DNA of 64,000 nt from an uncultured Acidobacteriota bacterium (GCA_963720545.1 OY970399.1:672001-736000); one strand, 5' to 3'. Shown: positions 39,430 through 51,816, numbered from the stretch's first letter. Program-made: numbers and translations. The notes: generated from the letters alone by a model not told the origin.

Positions 39430-40743
39430 CTAGCGCACGCGCGCGCCGCGCGCGTACACCTGCTCGATCGAGCGTGTGTTACGGATGTCGTGCAGCGGGT
39501 CCCTGGCGAGCACCACCAGGTCGGCGCGCTTCCCCGCCGCGACCGTCCCGAACTCGGCGCTCCGCTGCAATGCCGCGGCGGCGTTGCTGGTGGCGCAGCG
39601 GATCACCTCGGCGGGAGGGATAGAGGCGTCGGCCAGCAGCGCCATCTCGTCGTGCAGGCTCCACCCCGGCACGATCCACGGCGTCGGCGTGTCGGTGCCG
39701 GCCGTGAGGCGGATCCCCGCGGTGAACAGCCGCTGCGTCCAGCGCAGCAGCTTTGGCCAGGCGGCCTGCGCCTTCTTGTACTGGGCCGCCGTCCAGTCCG
39801 CCGTAAAACTGCCCTTCGGCCACCCCAGGCGATAGATGGTCGGTGCGCGGGCGATGTCCGGCCCCCTGGGCGCGGCATCGCCGAAGAACTTCGTCCACAT
39901 GGCGATGAGTGTGGGATCGACCGTAACGTCGTGCTCGTGTAGCGCGGCCAGCATCGCCCGCACTTCGGCGCCGCCGAGGTCTACGTTCTCGACCCACGCG
40001 ACACGCTCGAACATGCTGCCGCGATAAGAGGCGCGCATGGCGGCCGGCAGGTATTCGGCCGACCACGGCGCCGCATGCTCGAGCGTGTCTATGCCAAGCT
40101 CGGCCGCCTCGGTCCACGTGGTCCGCTGCAAGTGGCCGATGACCGGCAACTTTGCCTTGCGCGCCTCGTCAACCACGGCGCCGACGAGCGCCGGCGGCGT
40201 GCTGGAGTAGACCTTGACGGCGTCAACGCCAAGGGCCGCCTGCCAACGCACTTCACGGCGCGCTTCGTCTTCACTGTGCACCGGCAGGAACGGCTCGGGA
40301 TCGAAGTCGCTCGCGTTGATGATCCGCCCGGCTGTGAACAGCCGCGGGCCGCGGACCTCGCCGCGCGCGAGCGCCGCCCGCCAGGTGACGGCGGCCTCGG
40401 TCTCCGATCCCGGGTCGCGGATGGTCGTGACGCCGGCGTCGAGCAGCATGCCGAGCATCTCGACCACACCCTGCCGGTCCCAGCGCGGCCGGATGTTGCC
40501 CGCTTCGTCCCACGGATGGTTGAGGACGTGGACGTGCATGTCCACGAATCCCGGAGTGACGAACCGTCCGGCGAGCGGCACGACCTGCGCGCCGCCAGCC
40601 GGCAAGGAGCCGGTGCGTCCGACAGCAGCGATCCGCTCTCCTTCTATAAGGATGTCGCTGTGCGGCACCGCAGGGCTGCCGGTGCCGTCGATGACCGTGA
40701 CGTCCTGCAGGAGTACCGCAGCCAGGAACGTCGCGGTTAACAA
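39430..40743 (-). CDS. Amidohydrolase family protein
   Basis: VIDGTG, PGFVDMHVH, GVTTIRD, AGTD, GKRADLVVL. Confidence 0.9.
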   Translation of the reverse strand: MLTATFLAAVLLQDVTVIDGTGSPAVPHSDILIEGERIAAVGRTGSLPAGGAQVVPLAGRFVTPGFVDMHVHVLNHPWDEAGNIRPRWDRQGVVEMLGMLLDAGVTTIRDPGSETEAAVTWRAALARGEVRGPRLFTAGRIINASDFDPEPFLPVHSEDEARREVRWQAALGVDAVKVYSSTPPALVGAVVDEARKAKLPVIGHLQRTTWTEAAELGIDTLEHAAPWSAEYLPAAMRASYRGSMFERVAWVENVDLGGAEVRAMLAALHEHDVTVDPTLIAMWTKFFGDAAPRGPDIARAPTIYRLGWPKGSFTADWTAAQYKKAQAAWPKLLRWTQRLFTAGIRLTAGTDTPTPWIVPGWSLHDEMALLADASIPPAEVIRCATSNAAAALQRSAEFGTVAAGKRADLVVLARDPLHDIRNTRSIEQVYARGARVR

Positions 40744-40756
40744 CGGGACTGCCTGC

Positions 40757-40909
40757 CTACAACCGTCCTGTAAGCAGCAGGACGATGAGTATCAAGAGCA
40801 CCAGGCCGGTAAGGCCGCTCGGCCCGTAACCCCAGCTGCGGCTATGCGGCCAGGCGGGCAGGACTCCCAGGAAGGCCAGCACGAGGATGACCACGAGGAT
40901 CGTCAGCAT
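40757..40909 (-). CDS. DUF3309-family small membrane protein (50 aa, not in the ORF track)
   Basis: MLTILVVILVLAFLGVLPAWPHSRSWGYGPSGLTGLVLLILIVLLLTGRL with RBS AGGAG. Confidence 0.88.
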   Translation of the reverse strand: MLTILVVILVLAFLGVLPAWPHSRSWGYGPSGLTGLVLLILIVLLLTGRL

Positions 40910-40958
40910 GTTCGGCTCCTAACTTGAGTGTAGAGAGACTAGACCTAAACGCAGGCGC

Positions 40959-41552
40959 TTACAGCATCTCCGCGCGCGCGTTCTTCGCGCGTGCGGCGCC
41001 GATCGCCGTCTTCACTTCCTTCTCCTCCTCGGGTGGAGGCAGCACCGCGGGCATACCCAGCGACTTGATCCACAGCTCGCGGGTCCAGCCGGTGGTGTGG
41101 TACAGGTGCTCGTCTTCCTGCTCTTCCACTTCTTCGTGCGCCGCCTTCAGGGCCTTCCCTTCCTCGCCCGTGACCTTCTTGGCGCATTCGCCAATCAGCT
41201 CCCAGTTGAGGTGGTCCTTGGTCTCGGCTTCGACGACGCATTCGGCAGCGACGATCTGTGCCGCTTCGGGATTGCCGGCCGCGAGCGCCATCTCCATGGC
41301 TTTCACCAGCGAGCTGCCGATATGGCCCACGACCTTGCGGCCGGGAGTCTGCTTCGCCGGGTTCAGGCCGAAGGTCTCGAAGACGCCAAGCAGGATGCGC
41401 TCGTGGTTGCGCGTCTCGCCGAGGTACTTTTCCCACTCTTCCTTGAGCTCGTCGTTCTGTGCGCACTTCAGTGCTGTCTGATAGACCTTGATCCCGCCCT
41501 GCTCGGTCTCGAGCGCCTGGTAGAGCAACTCGTTCAATTGATCCTTGTTCAT
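40959..41552 (-). CDS. Ferritin-like (DUF892-related) stress protein
   Basis: LYQALETEQGG, ETRNHE, ECVVEAETKDH, EQEDEH di-metal-type motifs. RBS GAGG. Confidence 0.88.
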   Translation of the reverse strand: MNKDQLNELLYQALETEQGGIKVYQTALKCAQNDELKEEWEKYLGETRNHERILLGVFETFGLNPAKQTPGRKVVGHIGSSLVKAMEMALAAGNPEAAQIVAAECVVEAETKDHLNWELIGECAKKVTGEEGKALKAAHEEVEEQEDEHLYHTTGWTRELWIKSLGMPAVLPPPEEEKEVKTAIGAARAKNARAEML

Positions 41553-41615
41553 GAAGTCTTTTCCTCGCCCTTTGATGGCCCGCTGTATGGGGACCGATAG
41601 CTGGCGCTGTCCAGT

Positions 41616-41631
41616 TGCAAGCGATGTGCCG
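41616..41631 (-). promoter_or_regulatory. Putative sigma54 promoter of the ferritin-like/DUF3309 genes
   Basis: CGGCACATCGCTTGCA (GG-N10-GC). Confidence 0.7.
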
Positions 41632-41689
41632 CTGACAATTCCGCTCTTCCAAGTAGCGTTTGACGCGAGAAGGCAAGGAAAACACCGAC

Positions 41690-41699
41690 TTTGTACAAA
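41690..41699. promoter_or_regulatory. Candidate activator-binding site TTTGTACAAA
   Basis: Perfect 10-bp palindrome between two divergent sigma54 boxes. Variants at 47073, 53130 and 28249. Confidence 0.45.
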
Positions 41700-41766
41700 C
41701 CGCCGCTGTTACAAGTCTCGAGCGTTGCGAATGCTGCGCCGGGTGAAGGGCCCGCCCCCAGCGCAA

Positions 41767-41782
41767 TGGCATTCGAGTTGCA
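41767..41782 (+). promoter_or_regulatory. Putative sigma54 promoter of the SRPBCC/Zn-ADH operon
   Basis: TGGCATTCGAGTTGCA (GG-N10-GC). Confidence 0.7.
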
Positions 41783-41805
41783 GGCTCGCAACCCGGGCAT
41801 CCGAC

Positions 41806-42344
41806 ATGAACACCGTGAGGAAGAGCGTGACGGTCCTGAGTTCCGCGCGCGGACGTGTACGCGTTCTGGCGAGACTTCGAGAACCTTCCCCGTTTCATGA
41901 AGCATCTGAAGAGCGTCACCGCGTTGAGCGACGGCCGCTCACATTGGGTGATGAATGGGCCCGCCGGAACTGACGTCGAGTGGGACGCGGAACTCGTGGC
42001 CGATCGGTCAGCGGAACTCGTCTCGTGGCGCACCGTAAGCGACGGCGAGAGGATCGCGAGCCACTCCGGCAGCGTTCGCTTCGTGGACGCGCCGGGCGAC
42101 CGTGGCACGGAGGTACACGTGGAGTTGCGCTACGAGATCGCCGGCGGCGGCGTTGCCGCAGCCGTGGCGAAGCTCTTCGGCGAGGAGCCGGGCCAGAAGA
42201 TCACGCGACGACCTTCGCCGTTTCAAGCAGGTCGTAGAAACCGGCGAGGTGGTCCTCTCGGACGGCAGCCTGGAAGGAGCCGGACAGGGCGCTAACGAAC
42301 CAGCGAGCCGCACAGTCGCCTGCGCCGGTGAGCCGGTCCGATGA
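41806..42344 (+). pseudogene. SRPBCC (polyketide cyclase-like) protein, frameshifted (possibly sequencing error)
   Basis: MNTVRKSVTV / YAFWRDFENLPRFMKHL..HSGSVRF..APGDRGTEV / [14 protein letters not shown] are in different frames. Confidence 0.8.
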
Positions 42345-43524
42345 AGGCCGTGTGCTGGACCGGCAAGCAAAGCAGTCGAGGTCCGACGACGTGCCGGACC
42401 CGTCGATCCTGAATCACCGCGATGCGATCGTTCGCGTCACCTCGACCGCCATCTGTGGCTCCGACCTGCACCTCTACAACGGCGTCATTCCCACGATGAA
42501 GAAGGGCGACGTGCTCGGCCACGAGTTCATGGGCGAGGTGATGGAGGTCGGCCGCGGCGTCAAGAACCTCAAGGTCGGCGACCGCGTCGTCGTTCCCTTC
42601 ACCATCGCCTGCGGCAACTGCTGGCAGTGCCGCCACGACAACTGGTCCCTGTGCGAGAACTCGAACCCGAACGCGGCGCTTGCCGAGGAGCTGATGGGCC
42701 ATTCCGCGTCAGGTGCGTTCGGCTATTCGCATCTGACGGGCGGATTCGCTGGCGGTCAGGCGGAATACGTGCGGGTGCCGTTCGCGGACATAGGCCCGTT
42801 CAACATCGAGAACGGGCTCGCCGACGAGCAGGTGCTCTTCCTCTCGGACATCCTGCCGACGGGTTACATGGGCGCTGAGATGTGCGGCATCGAGCCTGGC
42901 GACACGATCGCGGTCTGGGGCTGTGGCCCGGTCGGCCTGTTCGCGATCAAGAGCGCCTACCTGCTCGGGGCTGCCCGGGTCATCGCCATCGATCGATACG
43001 GGTACAGGCTCGACATGGCTCGCGACCTGTGTGGCGCCGACCACGATCAACTACGACGAGGTCGACAGCGTCCTCGAGGCGCTCGAGCGACCTGACCGGC
43101 GGGCCGCGGACCGGATGCCTGCATCGACGCTGTGGGCCTGGAGGCGCACGGCCACGGGCTCGAATACCTCGTACGACCGCGCCAAGCAGGCGCGTGATGC
43201 TCGAGTCCGATCGGCCAATTGCGTTGCGCCAGGCGCATGCTGGCTTGCCGCAACGGCGGCACGGTTTCCGTGATCGGCGTCTACGGCGGCCTCGTGGACA
43301 AGTTCCCGCTCGGCACCATCATGAACCGCTCGCTGACGATCAAGAGCGGCCAGTGCCATGTACACCGCTATATGCGGCCGCTGCTCGAGCGCATCGAGAA
43401 AGGCGAAATCGATCCAGGCATGGTCATCACTCATCGCCTGCCGTTGTCACAGGCAGCAGACGGCTATCGGATGTTCCTGAACAAGGAAGACGGCTGCGAA
43501 AAGGTCGTCCTGCACATGGACTGA
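42341..43524 (+). pseudogene. Zinc-dependent alcohol/formaldehyde dehydrogenase, multiply frameshifted (possibly sequencing error)
   Basis: MKAVCW start, [35 protein letters not shown]-terminal DGCEKVVL split over several frames. Confidence 0.85.
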
Positions 43525-43537
43525 GGTCCGGGCCGCC

Positions 43538-44131
43538 CTACTGCTTCCGTGGCGCGCTGGGTCGGCGGAACGTGAGCTGCGCCGATGGCGCGACGTTGGC
43601 CTTGAGCACGACGGCTAACTGCTGCAGCGCATGATCGTTCTCGGCCGGTGTGTTCGAGACGATGCAGTCCGGGGGCGCGAAGATCCTGAGTTCGCGCATG
43701 TAGGCGTCGTTGGCGGTGAACAGCACGCAGATGTTGCCCGCGATGCCCGTCAGGATGCACCCGCCGGATCCGCAGCGTCTTCGAGCAACGTGTCGAGCGT
43801 CGTATCGAAGAAGCCGGAGTGCTTTGGCTTGAGAACGAAGTAGTCGCGCGCCGTCGGGCTCAAGCGCTGTGATACCCGCCGGCCCGGCGAGGAGCGTGCG
43901 GTGCAATGGGCTACGGTCTGCCGGAAATCGGAGCGCCACTGCCCGAAGTTGTCGTTGATGTAGATGCAGGGAACGTCCGGCGGCAGCGGCGCGCCGCTTG
44001 AACGCAGCGAGCTTCATCGCCATCGACTCGGCCTGCGCGACGAGCGCTTCGGAGCCCTCGAACGCCAGGTCGTTGATGACGTCGATCAGCAGCAGCGCGG
44101 TGCCGGCAGGCGGGACGACCTAACGGGTCAA
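43538..44131 (-). pseudogene. Cysteine hydrolase (isochorismatase family), disrupted
   Basis: ALLLIDVINDL, PCIYINDNFGQWRSDF, ILTGIAGNICVLFTANDAYMR across frames. An in-frame TAG lies three codons after a TTG that overlaps the DUF421 stop. Confidence 0.8.
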
Positions 44132-44565
44132 CGGACCACGCTGACGCGCCCATCGGTTTCGACCCTGGCGAGCTTGACGTCCGCCTGCTCGGCGTCGGCC
44201 AGCCGCAGTTCGGCGGCCACTTCCGCCTCGCTCATCCGTTCCCGATACAGGCCGGCCCTCACGAGCGCGCCGTCCCTCACGATCACCGTCGGCTGGCCCT
44301 CCAGGATCGCTCCGACACGCGGGTAGCGGCAGGTGAGCCAGGAGTTGGCGTAGTGCAGGCCGGCAATCGTCGTTACCGCCAGTGACCCACGCAGCAACGA
44401 CACCTCGCCGAACACCGTGTCTCCGGCAAGATCGCCGATGACCAGGGCGACCAGCATGTCGAATGCGGAAAGGTTGCCGATGGTCCGCTTGCCCAGGACC
44501 CTGATCGTGATCAGGAACAGCACGTAGATGACTGCTGCCCGCCCCGCGGTTTCCGCCAGACCCAT
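44128..44565 (-). CDS. DUF421 (YetF-like) membrane protein
   Basis: RVLGKRTIGNLSAFDMLV, EGQPTVIVRDG, VETDGRVSV. Confidence 0.9.
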   Translation of the reverse strand: MGLAETAGRAAVIYVLFLITIRVLGKRTIGNLSAFDMLVALVIGDLAGDTVFGEVSLLRGSLAVTTIAGLHYANSWLTCRYPRVGAILEGQPTVIVRDGALVRAGLYRERMSEAEVAAELRLADAEQADVKLARVETDGRVSVVR

Positions 44566-44573
44566 ACAGCTCC

Positions 44574-45665
44574 CTATGCCGCGGCCGACGACCGCTGTTT
44601 CGCCCAGTAGAGCGGGCGTTCGACCGGCCAGGTGTTGATGGCCGGAATGCCCGCGAGCCGCGCGTCGCGAGAGCGATTCGGCTGCCGGCCAATCTCCAGG
44701 CCCATGGGCATCGCTGTCGAGGCAAACAAGCAGCCCTTGCTGAGCGCCTCTGCAGCGAGGGTATGGTCGATATCCTGCCGCGACGGATCACCGTCGATCT
44801 CGATAGCTGTGCCGGATTCGGCCGCGCTTCGAAGACACGACCCATCGGCCGATACCCCTGGCCGTGAGCTATACATGCGCCCGCGCGGGTGCGCGAGTAT
44901 GTGAACGCCAGGCGCGCGCACCGCAGCCAGCATGCGGTCGGTTTGCGGAAGCGGCGACCTGAGGCCGGAGTGCGGCGCCGCGAGCACGATCTCGAAAAAG
45001 CGTCGCAGCTCGGGCTCGACGTCCACCTGGCCGTCGGCCTTTATATTGGCCTCCACCCCCTTGAGCAGGCGAAAGCGCCCCCGACACTGCACGTTGAGCC
45101 GGTCGATCCGCGACCATTGCAGGGCAAACTGTTCGCGGCTCATGCCTCCGGCGATCGGCAGCCCCTCCGAATGATCGGTGACCGCGCAGTAGGAGTATCC
45201 GCGACCGCGGGCGCTGACTACGATCTCGCCAAGAGACTGGCTGCCGTCGCTGCCGCGGGAGTGCACCTGGAAGTCGCCCCGATAGTCCTGGCGTCCCACA
45301 CCAAAAAGCGACGCATCAGCCAGGATTCGCTCGACTCGTGCACGGCTCAGGAAGTGGCCGCGTAACTCGCGCCGCCTCGCGAGCTCGTCGCCTTTGCCGC
45401 TCTTCGCTACCAGTTCTTCCACGATCGCCGAACCACCGGTGCGAAGCACCTCGAGCACGATCCGCAAGGACGCCGGGCCCACCCGCGGAATCTTCGGCAG
45501 TTCGCCGGCCGCGGCCAGCACTTCGTCCAGTGGCCGTTCGAAACGGCGCACGGCCGCCGCCGCACCCTTGTAACCCCACTTGCTCTGGGTCGACGTCTGT
45601 ATGCTGGCGAGATCGCTGAGGAAGCCCGCGACGACCATGTTGATGTCGGCATCCGGCTGTGGCAT
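44574..45665 (-). CDS. PHP-domain protein with PolX-like N-terminal helix-hairpin-helix domain (C-terminus probably affected by indels)
   Basis: IPRVGP HhH. GDFQVHSRGSDG, AVTDHS, GVEANI, ILAHPRGR, EIDG.P.RQD. Confidence 0.8.
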   Translation of the reverse strand: MPQPDADINMVVAGFLSDLASIQTSTQSKWGYKGAAAAVRRFERPLDEVLAAAGELPKIPRVGPASLRIVLEVLRTGGSAIVEELVAKSGKGDELARRRELRGHFLSRARVERILADASLFGVGRQDYRGDFQVHSRGSDGSQSLGEIVVSARGRGYSYCAVTDHSEGLPIAGGMSREQFALQWSRIDRLNVQCRGRFRLLKGVEANIKADGQVDVEPELRRFFEIVLAAPHSGLRSPLPQTDRMLAAVRAPGVHILAHPRGRMYSSRPGVSADGSCLRSAAESGTAIEIDGDPSRQDIDHTLAAEALSKGCLFASTAMPMGLEIGRQPNRSRDARLAGIPAINTWPVERPLYWAKQRSSAAA

Positions 45666-45702
45666 TTGGTTCTTTTCCAAGATTGCGACCGCTCTTGCGC
45701 GC

Positions 45703-45718
45703 TGCAAGACACAGGCCA
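45703..45718 (-). promoter_or_regulatory. Putative sigma54 promoter of the PHP/DUF421/hydrolase operon
   Basis: TGGCCTGTGTCTTGCA (GG-N10-GC). Confidence 0.65.
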
Positions 45719-45734
45719 GGGTATGGATCTTGCT
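45719..45734 (+). promoter_or_regulatory. Putative sigma54 promoter of the SDR gene
   Basis: GGGTATGGATCTTGCT (GG-N10-GC), directly abutting the divergent box. Confidence 0.55.
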
Positions 45735-45745
45735 GGTCTGGAGTC

Positions 45746-46876
45746 ATGCGATCGACACTCAAGAACTCACTCTTGCTCGTCGCAGCAGCGACCGCAACGG
45801 CGTATGCCTTGCGAAAGCCGTACCGGTTTTCGCTCCAGGGCAAGGTCGTGCTCATCACCGGTGGTTCGCGCGGCCTTGGGCTGTTGCTGGCTCGTGAATG
45901 CGCACGCCAGGGAGCGAGTATTGCGATCCTGGCGCGGGACCGGGACGAACTGGCGCGCGCGGCGGCGGATCTCGAGCGTTTTGCAACACCTGTCCTCCCG
46001 CTGGAGTGCGACATCAGGCGGGCCGCAGAAATCGGTCTGGCGGTAACCGCTGTGGAGAAGACCCTCGGGGCGATCGACGTGGTCATCAACAACGCCGGCG
46101 TCATCAAGGCCGGGCCGTTCGACAACACGACACTTGAAGACTTTGCAGAAAGCCTCGACACCCACCTGTGGGGACCTCTGCACCTGATCCGCGCGGTCGT
46201 GCCGGGCATGACAAATCGGCGCTTCGGCGCGATCGTCAACATCGCGTCGATTGGCGGCCGCCTCGGCGTGCCGCACCTCGCCTCTTACTGCGCCGGCAAG
46301 TTCGCCCTGGTGGGCCTCTCGGAGGCGATCTCCGGCGAGCTGGCGAGCAGCGGTATCGCTGTCACCACCGTCATGCCGGGCCTCATGCGGACCGGCTCCC
46401 ACGTCAACGCTCAGTTCAAGGGCCGGCACGAGGCGGAATACGCCTGGTTTGCCGCGCTCGATTCACTACCCCTGATGTCGGTCGACGCCGAACGCGCCGC
46501 CCGGAAGATCGTGTCCGCACTTCGCCAGGGGGCCAGGACGCTGACGATAGGGCTACCCGCGCTTGGAGCCGCAGCGGCAAATGGTCTCGCGCCCGGCCTG
46601 GTTGCGGCCCTCAACGCCTACGCGACACGGTTCCTGCCGCCGGCGGCGGGCGCCGAGGGCAACGTCGCACAATCAGGGGCGGAATCCCGCAGCCAGCTGC
46701 CTGACTGGGTCACCGCCGCAACCGATGAAGCCGCGGTTGCCAACAACGAGACCGATGAAGTTGACGCCCAGGTGACTGCCTTACCGACAATGGCCCGACC
46801 GGCTGTCAAAGGGAGGCATCGTGAATCAGGCGTGGCTGGCAATAGTCGCACTCGCCGCGGTCGTTCCACGCGATGA
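45746..46876 (+). CDS. SDR family NAD(P)-dependent oxidoreductase
   Basis: TGGSRGLG, NNAG, YCAGK, PGLMRTGS. Confidence 0.92.
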   Translation: MRSTLKNSLLLVAAATATAYALRKPYRFSLQGKVVLITGGSRGLGLLLARECARQGASIAILARDRDELARAAADLERFATPVLPLECDIRRAAEIGLAVTAVEKTLGAIDVVINNAGVIKAGPFDNTTLEDFAESLDTHLWGPLHLIRAVVPGMTNRRFGAIVNIASIGGRLGVPHLASYCAGKFALVGLSEAISGELASSGIAVTTVMPGLMRTGSHVNAQFKGRHEAEYAWFAALDSLPLMSVDAERAARKIVSALRQGARTLTIGLPALGAAAANGLAPGLVAALNAYATRFLPPAAGAEGNVAQSGAESRSQLPDWVTAATDEAAVANNETDEVDAQVTALPTMARPAVKGRHRESGVAGNSRTRRGRSTR

Positions 46877-47146
46877 TTCGGCCGAGCTGCGCCGGCAGCG
46901 CTTCCAGGCCAACGCCGCAAGCGACCGCTCGTTCTACGAGACGCTGCTGGCGCTGAAACTCCTCCTGCTCAGCCCGGACGCGGTGCCGCGAACCAAGAAT
47001 GAGTATCCCGATGCCCAGTTCGTCGCCGCAGCGTGCCCCCGAGCGCCGCGAAGATCGACTTCGCTCCGCCCGTTTGTAGAAAGCCGCGCCTCTTCGACCT
47101 GGCGGCGGGCCGATTGGCTGCTGTTCTCACCGTCCTTTAGATGTAG

Positions 47147-47162
47147 TGCAAGCGATGTGCCC
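47147..47162 (-). promoter_or_regulatory. Putative sigma54 promoter pointing away from katE
   Basis: GGGCACATCGCTTGCA, 15/16 identical to the box at 41616. Confidence 0.6.
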
Positions 47163-47178
47163 GGGCATCGTTCCTGCA
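47163..47178 (+). promoter_or_regulatory. Putative sigma54 promoter of katE
   Basis: GGGCATCGTTCCTGCA (GG-N10-GC), 45 nt before the ATG. Confidence 0.55.
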
Positions 47179-47222
47179 GACGATCTGCGACAACCCGCAT
47201 CGTCAATCCTGGAGCGCAACCA

Positions 47223-49436
47223 ATGGTCACACGACGCAGCACCCGCACGCCCCGCAAGATGAAGCCAATCGCAGCACGCGGCAACGGCAAGGTCGAGGCG
47301 CTCGCCCCGCATCGTGAGAACGCCGCCGGCCAGGCGCTCACCACCAGCCTGGGGATGAAGATCGAGGACGACCAGAACTCGCTGCGGGCCGGGGCGCGTG
47401 GGCCGTCGCTGCTCGAGGACTTTCATCTCCGCGAGAAGATCACGCACTTCGACCATGAGCGGATCCCGGAGCGCATCGTCCACGCCCGTGGCGCAGGCGC
47501 ACACGGCGTCTTTCAGGTTTACAAGTCGCTGGCGCGCTACACGAGTGCCGGTTTCCTCAACGAACCCGGCCGGCGGACGCCGGTATTCGTGCGTTTCTCG
47601 ACGGTAGCGGGCTCGCGCGGCTCGTCGGATCTCGCCCGCGACGTCCGCGGCTTTGCCGTCAAGTTCTATACGGAGGAAGGCAATTTCGACCTTGTGGGCA
47701 ACAACATTCCGGTGTTCTTCATCCAGGACGCCGTCAAGTTTCCCGACTTCGTGCATGCCGTGAAACCCGAGCCGCACAACGAGATGCCACAGGCGGCCTC
47801 GGCGCACGACACCTTCTGGGACTTCGTCTCGCTGATGCCGGAGTCGACACACATGGTCATGTGGGCGATGTCCGACCGCGCCATCCCACGCAGCTTGCGC
47901 ATGATGGAAGGGTTCGGTGTGCACACCTTCCGGCTCGTGAACGCGCGCGGCGAGGCGCACTTCGTCAAGTTTCACTGGAAGCCGTTGCTCGGGCTGCACC
48001 AGGTGGTGTGGGACGAGGCGCAGAAGATTTCCGGCAAGGATCCCGACTTCCATCGCCGCGACCTCTGGGAGGCGATCGAAAGCGGCAGCTACCCGGAGTG
48101 GGAGCTGGGCGTGCAGATCGTGCCGGAGGCGGACGAGGATTCCTTCGACTTCGACCTGCTCGACGCGACCAAGTTGATCCCCGAGGAGCTGGTGCCGGTG
48201 CAAATCGTCGGCAAGCTGACGCTCGACCGCAACCCCGACAATTTCTTCGCCGAAACGGAACAAGTCGCCTTCGACGTTGGCAACCTCGTGCCGGGAATCG
48301 ACGTGACCGAGGACCCGCTGATGCAGGGCAGGCTGTTCTCGTATTTCGACACGCAGTTGCTGCGGCTTGGCGGGCCGAACTCGAACGAGATACCCATCAA
48401 CCGTCCGCTGGCAGAGGTGCACTCGCTGCAGCGCGATGGCCTCATGCGCCAGCAGATCAACGAAGGACGCGTCGCGTACGAGCCCAATACCCTGGGCGGT
48501 GGTTGCCCGTTCCAGACGGCGATGAAGGACGGGGGCTTCCGCACGTTTCCGCGGGCGCTCGAGGGCGGCAAGGTGCGCGGCGCACGCGGCCCCAAGTTCT
48601 TCGATCACTTCACCCAGGCACGAATGTTCTTCATCAGCCAGTCCGAACCCGAACAGCAACACATCGTCGATGCCTACACCTTCGAATTGAGCAAGGTGAC
48701 GGTGCCCGCCGTACGCGACCGGATGGTCGGGGTGCTGGGGCTGATCCACGATGGCCTGGCCAGGCAGGTGGCGTCGGGGCTTGGGCTGAAGCAGGTGCCC
48801 AAAGTCGATGGGCCGGTCAACCTGGGATATCCCGCGGGCGCCGACGTGCGCGCATGGCAGCCGACCAAGGTCAACGAATCGGTCGCGGCATCGCCCGCGC
48901 TGAGTATGGCAAGCCGGCCAGGCGAGACATTGCGCACACGCCAGGTTGCGATCCTGGTGGCGGACGGCAGCGATGGGAATGCCATCACCCGCATTCAGGA
49001 CGCGCTCACGGCACAAGGGGCGGTCGGCAAGATCGTGGGCGAGCGGCTGGGCGAGATCGCGACCAGCACCGGCAAGGTGGCTGCGACGATGAGCGTCGCC
49101 ACCACGAGTTCGGTTCTGTTCGATGCGGTATTCGTCGCAGGAGGCGAGAAGGCGGCGGCGGCGCTCTCCGCCGAACCACTCGCCCTCGACTTCGTGTGCG
49201 AGGCATTCGCACACTACAAGACGGTCGCCGCATCCGGCGCCGGTACGCAAGTGCTCGACGCGGCAGGAATTATCGGCGCTAAGCCACATCCCAAGGCGGG
49301 GGCGAACGCCAACCCGCAGGCAGGCGTGGTGCGCGGTAGCGACAAGGACATTGTGGCCGTAGCGAAGCAGTTCCTCGTCGCACTGGGAGCCGGCCGCCAC
49401 TGGACTCGCGGCCGCAAGCCGCCGGTGCCGGCCTAG
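47223..49436 (+). CDS. katE: Large-subunit catalase HPII
   Basis: [41 protein letters not shown]-terminal DJ-1-like SVLFDAV. RBS GGAG before ATG 47223. Confidence 0.96.
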   Translation: MVTRRSTRTPRKMKPIAARGNGKVEALAPHRENAAGQALTTSLGMKIEDDQNSLRAGARGPSLLEDFHLREKITHFDHERIPERIVHARGAGAHGVFQVYKSLARYTSAGFLNEPGRRTPVFVRFSTVAGSRGSSDLARDVRGFAVKFYTEEGNFDLVGNNIPVFFIQDAVKFPDFVHAVKPEPHNEMPQAASAHDTFWDFVSLMPESTHMVMWAMSDRAIPRSLRMMEGFGVHTFRLVNARGEAHFVKFHWKPLLGLHQVVWDEAQKISGKDPDFHRRDLWEAIESGSYPEWELGVQIVPEADEDSFDFDLLDATKLIPEELVPVQIVGKLTLDRNPDNFFAETEQVAFDVGNLVPGIDVTEDPLMQGRLFSYFDTQLLRLGGPNSNEIPINRPLAEVHSLQRDGLMRQQINEGRVAYEPNTLGGGCPFQTAMKDGGFRTFPRALEGGKVRGARGPKFFDHFTQARMFFISQSEPEQQHIVDAYTFELSKVTVPAVRDRMVGVLGLIHDGLARQVASGLGLKQVPKVDGPVNLGYPAGADVRAWQPTKVNESVAASPALSMASRPGETLRTRQVAILVADGSDGNAITRIQDALTAQGAVGKIVGERLGEIATSTGKVAATMSVATTSSVLFDAVFVAGGEKAAAALSAEPLALDFVCEAFAHYKTVAASGAGTQVLDAAGIIGAKPHPKAGANANPQAGVVRGSDKDIVAVAKQFLVALGAGRHWTRGRKPPVPA

Positions 49437-49448
49437 GATTGGCTTTGA

Positions 49449-49525
49449 TGGTGCGCCCGGCAAGGCTCGAACTTGCAACCTTCGGCTTCGGAGGCCGACG
49501 CTCTATCCAGTTGAGCTACGGGCGC
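49449..49525 (-). tRNA. tRNA-Arg(CCG)
   Basis: 77-nt cloverleaf GCGCCCGTAGCTCAACTGGATAGAGC.., anticodon loop CTCCGAA, encoded CCA. Confidence 0.97.
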
Positions 49526-49623
49526 GGCGTTTCTGGCAGGGGGCGAGTCTAGCAGAGGGCCTTCGGGGCAGCTTCTGCGCGGCTTGCTGCGGCGAACCGG
49601 CGCGGGAGATACTGGCCGCGACG

Positions 49624-51812
<2,189 letters not shown>

Positions 51813-51816
<4 letters not shown>

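Noticed and set aside
46821..47222. 134-aa N-terminal extension of KatE from the ORF track
   Set aside because: It is not catalase-like, overlaps the SDR gene and spans the promoter boxes. The RBS and ATG at 47223 fit better. Its first part may be a gene relic.
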